Positions 47,001 to 53,460 of a DNA stretch of 64,000 bases are shown here, piece after piece. Both the position numbers and the translations under genes were made by a program. The notes beneath the pieces were generated by a model. It searched no databases. It was not told the origin of the DNA and was given only the letters and a program-made list of their open reading frames with translations. This DNA comes from Eubacteriales bacterium (GTDB lineage: Bacteria; Bacillota; Clostridia; Oscillospirales; CAG-272), in contig JAZNBA010000072.1 in NCBI GenBank assembly GCA_045586785.1, positions 59,197 through 123,196 on the forward strand, read 5' to 3'. How positions within the stretch are numbered: position 1 is the stretch's first letter; each line of letters begins with the position of its first letter.

Positions 47001-48559
47001 ATCTTGGAGCAATTTATACTGCTGTTGGAGATTACGAATCGATTGATATTATCGACTATATATCAGGTGTGCTACCACGTTATATGGTTCCGTCAAAGTT
47101 TGTCAAGGTGGACAGTATTCCGCTCAATGTCAACGGTAAAGCAGATAGAAAGAAAGCACGTGAAATTGCTAATCAAATCGAAGACGATGCTGTAGAGGTT
47201 GCGACTTCGGGATATACCGAAGATGTGCTTCTTGCTATTTTCAGAAGAATCACACGCAATAATCGTATCGGAGTTAATGATTCTTTCTTCGAGGCAGGTG
47301 GATCTTCGCTTGGAATCTTCCAAGTTCTGTCCGAGATCGAATCTGTATTTGGCATTAAACTGCAGTATGCCGATGTGTATAAAAACATGACAGTAGCAGG
47401 AATTGCTTCGATGATTGAGGTAGCAACCAGTGCTACATTGCCCAATGTATCCTCTGTCGGAAATGTTACCAAACAAGATATAGAAGAAGTTCTTGATGTA
47501 TCTAAACTACATATCAATAACTCCAGGAATTCCCTCGCAAAAGGTGTTTTGCTTACGGGTGCAAATGGTTTCCTTGGGAATCACTTGCTATATGAGTTGT
47601 TAGTAGAAACAGATTTTGATATATATTGCTTGGTTCGAAAAAAGCGTCGCTTAATAGATGCGATTCAATATTATTGGGGAAACGGCTTTTATCACAGATA
47701 TCAAGCAAGAATTCATTGTATTGAGGGCAATATAGGCATTCCTGGTTTAGGTGTTTCAGCAGAAATGAAAAAGAATATAAGCGTGATTTACCATGCTGCC
47801 GCAAGCACAAAACACTACGGGGAATTTGCCGATAGTTTCCTATCCAACACATTGGGTACACGATATGTTGTTGATTTGTGTGCAGAAATAGGTGCTGAAT
47901 TACATCATATTTCTACTACGGCTGTGTCGGGATTGAATGTTGTAACTGTAGACTACAATGAACAATCAAAACCTCATTTTACAGAAAATGATCTTGAGAT
48001 CGGTCAACACTACGAGGATAATATTTATATTCACAGCAAATTGTTAGCAGAAAAGATCGTATTGTCTGCTATCGAAAAAGGGATGGATGCTTATATTTAT
48101 CGTGTTGGAAACTTGACCGAACGATTCAGCGACGGAGTTTATCAGATGAACAATGAAAATAATGCATTTATGATTAGAGAAAGAGCTATCCGTAAGCTCG
48201 ATGCAATCTCTCCTGCATTCCACTCGTTCATCTTTGAAAAAACACCTATTGACCTTTGCGCAAAAGCAATCTTGGCACTCACAAAACGTAAACATCAAGA
48301 TCATGTATTCCATGTATTCAGTCCGAATGCTTTGAACGGATACGACTACTACAGAGGCATTTTCCCCGACCTTAAAGAAGTAACTGATGAGGAATGGTTT
48401 GCTTTGCTCGATAAGGAGGCAGAAAAGGATACTTCGTGCGCGGTTATGAGGGCATACGTTAAAAATCTGTTAGCCGTTTCAGTTCCAATAGAAACAAAAT
48501 GTGATGTTACATTGAAAGCACTTGAAAAATGTGGCTTCCAATGGCAAGAAAAGGAGTAA
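41042..48559 (+). CDS. hybrid NRPS-like megasynthetase, domain order C - FkbH-like (HAD-IIIC + GNAT-like) - T - C - A - T - R
   Basis: 2505 aa. C1 HHIVCDA (nt ~41435). HAD motif LVVDCDNTLW (~42905). T1 LGGDSL (~44198). C2 HHMVIDG (~44750). A-domain YTSGSTGKPKG / YGPTETT / YRTGDLA / GRIDNQIKIRGYRVE / NGKADRK. T2 AGGSSLG (~47296). R domain LLTGANGFLGNHL and YIHSK (~47550-48050). Confidence 0.9.
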   Translation: MKTYALSNAQLNILDTELFYRGSAINIVGGVCLLNEPIEEEQLSSALNKLIANNDWLRTRIRGNRSSLYRYVSEYTDASFATLDFTNVSEAEMWSALEEANKAPFDIWDSQLYDVKLVRTPNNKIGYWFRAHHIVCDAANMYRIVAEVSSLIFGNDNPLPSNARVRDITARMKEKALTYWRDNEITGLESHRPTGTVVADRMTFKLSGDIMKKLSAFAESKQIACSTIVEGAYYLALSALFDKDRFSVGLMYLDDNSACVDGLAGPRASVVPTISKLDPSLTFAEYCEEILDQHMTAYRYSCLPYRDILSAVKHDSENKNSSFYDFVYSCHALDTSILGDCEIKWLFNGCSEVPLKLSVMPEKDTLNLMIDCRKGVYIGGFTEKLYQCILSALNHIFDAPDAHLGTLVNAIHADIHQTGHISKERVCIAASFTADPIDEYLYYWAHRDNVILNLSFAPYNQIQQMLLDPNSIFRNNKNGTNIILMRFEDAIRHTDDSAEARIAVMQHMQKEFTTALCSYPTDAPRCLVVCLPFDGNIAGVSAEIVANMNEQIKAVCSKIPNIHYVDTDDLCERYVVHDTLDTVADDEGHIPYTTTFFAALGTHVWRQLCAAKRVKKHKVLVVDCDNTLWQGVCGEIGATNVTVDGGYAWFQKFLLAKREEGYLLAIASKNNPEDVKRVFAENKQMLLKESDISAWRVSWNPKAEEIRSIAEELNLGLNSFVFFDDNPVECDAMIEENPEVLTVRMPLDSTQIAPLVGNIWALDSVYTTDEDRNRADMYRAEKEREQARTEEKSLHAYLKKLNIQMYMYPTTPDEIDRVAQLTQRTNQFNMNGVRYLKEDVTEWLQSDHYGCYSVYVKDAYGDYGLVGALVLSYTDGKCNLQTFVLSCRVLGREIEIAILNEIANIARSRGAFAFSASVKRTQKNEPFMRFWQAYVEDNENIVCANFNTPSHITVIQEKYIKPTSQKANTTAAVKSVAHTGTCALTTVPSDIQTNDAELKEFIPLCASEAIAQALGKFIPGQAQGEIVDKVKSVWESVLGLTIDRDDASYFELGGDSLKAVHLISILDKEFGARISVSDIYRYATISDMAKYIATLIPEEAAEFEHISTTEPYPLSSAQQRMFVLQSMNRDSVQYNESQAMEMIGQVNIERIQNAVYEIINRHDILRTAFTLEQGVPVQTVLPCVDIKVETISCTEDSWQKEAIAFRKPFDLSNPPLMRFAVLHTTDTNRNFMLFDAHHMVIDGTSFAVFAEEFVRLYNGEVLPENKYQYIDYVNWENKRKDTPEYESDMAYWVSQFDPMPAPLAWIDDSKRANSIGRGNTLFYATDSELKQSLENYASKNQVTLFSVLLSAYAMTISSLANADEFVVGVPASNRLHHHTLSMMGNFVNSMPIRIATTAESKISALVKSVFDTTTEALNHQSCPYENIVKALQCDRQNNRNPLFDVMFSLQNFVSPIIETKDMKLVQMPMQVGTAKNDIRLFAALHDDHISFEMEYDIDLFDTYFMESFREKYLSVLELMVTDEAMTAGDIATELQHKQKEADRLFLEKYNDTARPGYYDHLVHDMIREQVEKIPDAIALICGGEKLTYRELDDRSSALANILRQKGVRARDKVGIVLPRSPELIVGLLAIMKAGAVYVPADPIYPTERIDYMFGNSEIVCMISQNDMELPSEYIRYDIHELEKEETVEQTIEDETLTPDDLIYILYTSGSTGKPKGVMIKHGAVSNFINSLRELIPYEEQSAILATTTVCFDMSIIELWRTLSFGGTMIFATDNERHDIDAHREMIKKHGISELNITPSQMSVFLLDTNPSIWKSIQTIMIGAEPVPPSLVEKIKHIIPQARIFDLYGPTETTVYSSIMELTNETEVTIGHPIANTKLFVVDSEKKILPIGMTGELCIGGLGLSAGYMNRPDLTERQFVTLAENNEFVYRTGDLATLRADGKMLCHGRIDNQIKIRGYRVELEEIEQSIMKSGLCRECTVFLLDNDHLGAIYTAVGDYESIDIIDYISGVLPRYMVPSKFVKVDSIPLNVNGKADRKKAREIANQIEDDAVEVATSGYTEDVLLAIFRRITRNNRIGVNDSFFEAGGSSLGIFQVLSEIESVFGIKLQYADVYKNMTVAGIASMIEVATSATLPNVSSVGNVTKQDIEEVLDVSKLHINNSRNSLAKGVLLTGANGFLGNHLLYELLVETDFDIYCLVRKKRRLIDAIQYYWGNGFYHRYQARIHCIEGNIGIPGLGVSAEMKKNISVIYHAAASTKHYGEFADSFLSNTLGTRYVVDLCAEIGAELHHISTTAVSGLNVVTVDYNEQSKPHFTENDLEIGQHYEDNIYIHSKLLAEKIVLSAIEKGMDAYIYRVGNLTERFSDGVYQMNNENNAFMIRERAIRKLDAISPAFHSFIFEKTPIDLCAKAILALTKRKHQDHVFHVFSPNALNGYDYYRGIFPDLKEVTDEEWFALLDKEAEKDTSCAVMRAYVKNLLAVSVPIETKCDVTLKALEKCGFQWQEKE

Positions 48560-48563
48560 TGCT

Positions 48564-49331
48564 ATGAAAACAGCAATTATTACTGGCGCATCTTCCGGCG
48601 TTGGCACGGAATTTTTGAAAGTGCTTGTTCATGATAACAGCATCGAAGAATTTTGGATCATCGCAAGAAACGAAAAACGCCTTGAAGAATTAAAAGCACA
48701 ATATTCCAATAAAAGTATCGTTTGCATACCTCTTGATTTGACAAACGAAGAATCAATGCAGGTATATGAAAATCACCTCCGTGCAAAAAAGCCGGAGGTG
48801 GTGACCCTTGTTAATAATGCGGGATTTGGTATTTTAGGAGAGGTATATGGTTCGGATTATGTAGAGCAAGCGAAAATGGTAGATTTGAATTGTCGCGCTC
48901 TCACAACCATTACAACAATAACCTTGCCGTACATGACTGAAAATTCGGGAATCATCAATATGGCTTCTATTGCTGCATACTGCCCAAATCCGAATTTTAC
49001 GGTTTATTGTTCTGCCAAAGCATACGTATTGAGCTATTCTCGTTCATTGCGTTATGAACTGAGAATGAAAAAACGCAAGATCAATTCTCTTGCCGTTTGT
49101 CCCGGACCTATGAACACAAACTTTTGCGCTACTGCAGGAATCACAACACAGTTTGATGCCTTGCCGTTCACTGATCCTGCCAAAGTTGCTAAAACCGCTG
49201 TCAAGAAACTTCGTGAAGGAAAAGCCGTCTATACGCCCGGTGTATTCTTTAAATTTTATCGTTGTATTGCTAAATTACTTCCACACTCGCTTGTGATGGG
49301 ATTTAGCCAAACGATTAAAGATGGAAAATAA
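48564..49331 (+). CDS. short-chain dehydrogenase/reductase (SDR)
   Basis: Start at MKTAIITGASSGVGTEF (AAGGAG upstream). NNAG and YCSAKAY motifs. Confidence 0.85.
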   Translation: MKTAIITGASSGVGTEFLKVLVHDNSIEEFWIIARNEKRLEELKAQYSNKSIVCIPLDLTNEESMQVYENHLRAKKPEVVTLVNNAGFGILGEVYGSDYVEQAKMVDLNCRALTTITTITLPYMTENSGIINMASIAAYCPNPNFTVYCSAKAYVLSYSRSLRYELRMKKRKINSLAVCPGPMNTNFCATAGITTQFDALPFTDPAKVAKTAVKKLREGKAVYTPGVFFKFYRCIAKLLPHSLVMGFSQTIKDGK

Positions 49332-50481
49332 TGAATATATAGATACGAACAGAGCATGGGCTGAAATCGACATAACTAAAGCAAAGGAAAATTATTTTTC
49401 CATAAAGAAATGTCTTAAGCCCCAAACCCAAATATGCTGTGTAGTGAAAGCCAACGCCTACGGTCACGGCTCTGTTCGTATGGCTCAGTTATATGAGTCA
49501 CTTGGTGCAAATTACTTGGCTGTTGCTACGATTGAAGAAGCTCTGCAACTTCGTCAAGCCCCAATAAAGCTACCGATACTAATATTGGGATATACCGCAC
49601 CGCAATATGCAGATGTTCTATCCGATAACGATATTACACAGTGCGTATATTCATTAGACTACGGTCGAGCTTTGTCAAGTTGCGCTACAGAAAAAGGCAA
49701 ACCCGTAAAAGTACATATTAAAATTGATACGGGAATGGGTCGCATTGGATTTCGATACGTTGGCGGCGATGAGCAAGAATTAACAGATGCGCAAACTGTA
49801 TGCCGAATGCAAGGGTTGACTGTAGAAGGTATTTTTACTCACTTTTCGTCTGCTGATGATGAAATAGGTTCTGATGAAACAACAGAGCGACAGTATCAAT
49901 ACTTCTTAGAAGCAATTTCATATTTGGAAAAGCGAGGCATTCAATTTTCTATTCGCCACTGTTCCAATAGTGCTGCAATCCTTAAATATCCCCATACGCA
50001 GCTCGATATGGTACGTGCTGGTATTTCCTTGTATGGATTGGATGCTGATAATTTATTTTCATGTCAAACAAATCTGCATCAGATACTCCAACTAAAAACA
50101 ATAGTTAGCCATATAAAGCTAATCCATAAAGGAGATACTATTGGATACGGTCGGTAATATGTTGCAGAAAAGGACACAATTATCGCAACTCTTCCAATTG
50201 GATATGCGGATGGTCTGTGGAGAGCCAATTCGCGTCACGGAATGCTTGTGAATATTAACGGTGAGTACGCACCCATTATTGGACGAATTTGTATGGATCA
50301 ATGTATGATTGATGTCACAGCGTTGAAAGAAGTAAATGTCGGCGATATTGTTACGGTATATGGTGATAGTGAAATCAACTCAATAGATAAAATTGCAGCA
50401 ATAAACAAAACTATCAGCTATGAGATTGTTTGTAGTGTTAGCGAAAGAGTACCAAAATTTTATGTTAATAACGATTTGTGA
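49321..50481 (+). pseudogene. alr: alanine racemase interrupted by one in-frame TAA (50155-50157)
   Basis: VVKANAYGHG PLP-Lys motif. ...[33 protein letters not shown]... continues in the same frame (50242 minus 49321 is a multiple of 3). Confidence 0.8.
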
Positions 50482-51085
50482 TTTATCCTCGTATTCAGAT
50501 GAGCAATATCAAAATGACCTAACCACAATTCCAGTATGGCGAAGAGAAAAGGCATTGCAATACAAAAAGCTCGATGACCGCAAGCGTTCGGTCTTGGCTT
50601 TCGTGCTATTGCAGCGCGCTCTGCGTGATGAATATGGTATTACCGAGATTCCCGAATTTGTATATAACGAGTTCGGGAAACCCTCGTTGCTGAATCTGCC
50701 CATCCATTTCAGCTTGAGCCATTGTAAAGATGCCGTTGCTTGTGCCGTATCTGATCACAATATCGGTATCGACGTGGAAAGCATCGTGCCGTATAATCCC
50801 GATGTCGCTCGGAGAGTTTGCACGGCAGCAGAGCTTGAAATGCTTGAACAGAGTGATGACAAGGACGTGGAGTTCATCAAGCTTTGGACGGTTAAAGAAG
50901 CAATCTCAAAGTATGAGGGAATGGGATTGTCGTTGCCGTTTGCAGAGATTGATACGATGAATTACTTACTCTGCTCAAACGTAAGTGTTAATAGCAGATA
51001 TGTACTAAGTATTTGCTATGGAAAACGAACCGACACCCTTGCCCTTCCGCGCATCAAAATGCTATCCGCAACTGATTTAATATGA
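50462..51085 (+). CDS. Sfp-type 4'-phosphopantetheinyl transferase
   Basis: FSLSHCKDAVACAV..IGIDVE and KLWTVKEAISKYEG motifs. The start is uncertain (50420 or 50462) and overlaps the alr 3' end. Confidence 0.8.
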   Translation: MLITICDLSSYSDEQYQNDLTTIPVWRREKALQYKKLDDRKRSVLAFVLLQRALRDEYGITEIPEFVYNEFGKPSLLNLPIHFSLSHCKDAVACAVSDHNIGIDVESIVPYNPDVARRVCTAAELEMLEQSDDKDVEFIKLWTVKEAISKYEGMGLSLPFAEIDTMNYLLCSNVSVNSRYVLSICYGKRTDTLALPRIKMLSATDLI

Positions 51086-51090
51086 ATTTG

Positions 51091-51122
51091 AAAAGTTCGT
51101 GTAACAACGAACTTTTCTTTTT
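51091..51122 (+). terminator. rho-independent terminator of the cargo operon
   Basis: AAAAGTTCG-N8-CGAACTTTT followed by CTTTTT. Confidence 0.75.
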
Positions 51123-51156
51123 CGCAAATTAGTGAAACAAATATTTTCATTATATA

Positions 51157-51185
51157 TTGACAAATGCTTTCTTTTATGATATAAT
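51157..51185 (+). promoter_or_regulatory. consensus promoter of the LexA-like gene
   Basis: TTGACA-17 nt-TATAAT with extended -10 TG. Flanked by GAAAC-N5-(G/T)TTTC palindromes at 51134-51148 and 51199-51213. Confidence 0.7.
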
Positions 51186-51224
51186 TCCAATACATACTGA
51201 AACATTATGTTTCTTGGAGGGTTT

Positions 51225-51839
51225 ATGAGAAGAAAAGACGAATCAAAAAAGAGTGTGATACTTGATTTCATCGACGAGTATTACAACGAATATAACGAGA
51301 TCCCTGCCGTAAGAACAATCGCAGAGGGCACGGGAATTGCTTTAGCAACCGTGCATCGTTATCTGCTGTCGCTCAAAGAAAGCGGCGAACTTGAATACAA
51401 CGGTCGCAAGTCGATCTCCACCAAGCGCATTGATTTGGAATCGCGTCACGCTTCTGCTCCCGTTCTCGGTTACGTCCGCTGCGGCGAAGGCGAAGAAGAA
51501 ACAGAGGAAGTCATCGAGTATATCCGTCTCCCCGAAAGCTTAGTTGGCACGGGAGAATTCTTTGTACTGATAGCAAAGGGTGATTCTATGGTGGATGCAG
51601 GCGTTAATGAGGGTGACTATGTCGTTATCCGAAAGCAGAATACCGCTAATGAAGGAGATTATGTTGTTGCACTATATGAGGGACTTAACAATCTGAAAGA
51701 GCTTGCACGTGGTGATAACGGCAGATACATTCTCCGATCTTGTAATGAGGATAAGGCGACCTATCCCGATATCTACCCAAACGATTTGAGAATACAAGGG
51801 GTAGCCGTTTGTGTAATGCATAAATTATTAAGGAGGTAA
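51225..51839 (+). CDS. LexA-like S24 peptidase repressor
   Basis: Winged-HTH N-terminus (RTIAEGTGIALATVHRYLLSLKESGELE). The GDSM serine and a Lys 37 residues later match the E. coli LexA S119/K156 spacing. Confidence 0.85.
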   Translation: MRRKDESKKSVILDFIDEYYNEYNEIPAVRTIAEGTGIALATVHRYLLSLKESGELEYNGRKSISTKRIDLESRHASAPVLGYVRCGEGEEETEEVIEYIRLPESLVGTGEFFVLIAKGDSMVDAGVNEGDYVVIRKQNTANEGDYVVALYEGLNNLKELARGDNGRYILRSCNEDKATYPDIYPNDLRIQGVAVCVMHKLLRR

Positions 51840-51845
51840 AAACTA

Positions 51846-52718
51846 TTGGCTGAAGAAAGAACTATTCAACAAAATGCGGATGAATTGGTCACCGCACTTG
51901 TAAATACAATCGGTAACGGATCTGTGCAGGAAGTAGTTGATAAGAATCGCGACGATGCGCTCGATATATCAAACATTGCGGTCAACCTTCCTCTCAAAGA
52001 AATGCCACCCGAAGTGGTAAAATATCTCAAAGACCTCGTACAAACCGTTAAAGGAACAAGTATGGATACACGCCACGATTTGAGCTTGGCATTCCCTCCC
52101 TCTCATTTTTCGGGCGAAGATAATCCGCTGATGCTTTTCTACAAAGCGTTTTACGACACCGTTACTTATTATACTACACTTATTCAAAGTGTTCCCGAGG
52201 TTCGCGACGCGCTGATAAGGGCAATGGCAGATAAGGGGTATAACGAGGATAATATCGATGAGTTTCTAAAGCGGGAGTGGGACATCAACGCCTATTTGAT
52301 GAACTTGCCTCAGATTGCGGAGATTTTCAAAGAGTTACCAGACTATTCCGATTACAACCACGGAAAGCCTAATAATTATTCTCTACAAAATGCGAAACGT
52401 AAAATTGAACATATGAGTGGCGGTCAACTTGTTGAGAAAGTATCAATTGAGCGTGGCGGTCCTAAGGATGCAAGCGGACAGTATACGCCCTATCCTTTGG
52501 ACGACGAAACCGACGTTACTACGGAAGTCATCGACAAAATATATCTTGAACAATGTCTTGCTCTGCTTTCACCCGAAGACCGTGAGCTCTTGGTACGTCA
52601 CGCCAACGGCGAAACTTATACCGCGCTTGCCAAAGACTACGGATATGCCAATGCAAGCGGTGTCAGAAAACGTATTGAGAGAATTAAAAAACAGATAACT
52701 AATGCATTTGCTGAATAG
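51846..52718 (+). CDS. sigma-70 region-4 / LuxR-type HTH domain protein with unknown N-terminal domain
   Basis: TTG start 9 nt after AAGGAGG. C-terminal LSPEDRELLVRHANGETYTALAKDYGYANASGVRKRIERIKKQI. No region 2 recognised. Confidence 0.55.
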   Translation: MAEERTIQQNADELVTALVNTIGNGSVQEVVDKNRDDALDISNIAVNLPLKEMPPEVVKYLKDLVQTVKGTSMDTRHDLSLAFPPSHFSGEDNPLMLFYKAFYDTVTYYTTLIQSVPEVRDALIRAMADKGYNEDNIDEFLKREWDINAYLMNLPQIAEIFKELPDYSDYNHGKPNNYSLQNAKRKIEHMSGGQLVEKVSIERGGPKDASGQYTPYPLDDETDVTTEVIDKIYLEQCLALLSPEDRELLVRHANGETYTALAKDYGYANASGVRKRIERIKKQITNAFAE

Positions 52719-52727
52719 GAGATAGAC

Positions 52728-53399
52728 ATGACAATTAATAGTATTAGTAGTGATGTAAAATTCCCGGATATGGAATTTTATAATATGAGCACCCCCGGTG
52801 AGATGGCATTATACCTTGCTCACTGTGATTTTTATCCATTCCAAAGCGTTTTGAGAAACAATCAACTTGCGTTAGATGCACTATCTCAAGGATATCGAGA
52901 AATGCTACAAAAGGCACAAGCCAGCGATGATTTTTACACAGAATCTTTTGCTATGACAAGTGGTACATTACACAATTCTCGTGTCAGTTTGCTAACTTAT
53001 TATTCGTTAGTTTTGACTATGGTGTCCATCTTGGAAGAATCAGTAAATACATTGTGTAGAGTATACTACAATATGCTAACGCTGAAAAAACAGCTTAGTG
53101 ATATAAAGGGGCGAGGATTAGAGCGTGCAGCAGAATACTTAAAAAAAGAAGTAGGCATTGAAGGTTTTACCTCAGACCCCCAATGGGAATATATTACAAC
53201 TATTCGTGATGCAAGAAATATGATTGTTCATAACGGCGGACGAGTAATCAAAGATTTTGATAAATTTGATAAATTCAAAATTGGATATAGAGAAGAAGAC
53301 CACCAATTATATTTTGAATACAGCGATATTGAAAAAATGTATAATGCCATTCTTGAATATATTGATAGAGCTTTTAGACTTGTTCCTACAAAAAAATAA
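52728..53399 (+). CDS. hypothetical protein, possible HEPN-type domain
   Basis: 223 aa with RBS AGGAG. Helical. ITTIRDARNMIVHNGG contains an R-x4-H motif in HEPN-like context. Confidence 0.4.
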   Translation: MTINSISSDVKFPDMEFYNMSTPGEMALYLAHCDFYPFQSVLRNNQLALDALSQGYREMLQKAQASDDFYTESFAMTSGTLHNSRVSLLTYYSLVLTMVSILEESVNTLCRVYYNMLTLKKQLSDIKGRGLERAAEYLKKEVGIEGFTSDPQWEYITTIRDARNMIVHNGGRVIKDFDKFDKFKIGYREEDHQLYFEYSDIEKMYNAILEYIDRAFRLVPTKK

Positions 53400-53400
53400 T

Positions 53401-53439
53401 TTTCGCACATTTGCGAGATTTTCATCACTGTGTTAAAAT
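53401..53439 (+). promoter_or_regulatory. promoter of the serine recombinase gene with conserved upstream motif
   Basis: TTTCGCACATTTGC overlapping -35 TTGCGA, then 17 nt, then TAAAAT (TG extended). Confidence 0.55.
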
Positions 53440-53460
53440 GAGAGCGAAAGGGGTGATTCT

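Noticed and set aside
50155-50157. TAA in alr as programmed recoding or an alternative genetic code
   Set aside because: TAA terminates neighbouring well-defined genes (for example 48557-48559 and 51837-51839). No recoding signal is evident. A nonsense mutation or sequencing error is simpler.
51091-51116. GTTCG...CGAAC upstream of the LexA-like gene as an SOS (Cheo) box
   Set aside because: The orientation and spacing (GTTCG-N8-CGAAC) are the inverse of CGAAC-N4-GTTCG. The sequence is the stem of the terminator that ends the cargo operon, with a T-run following.
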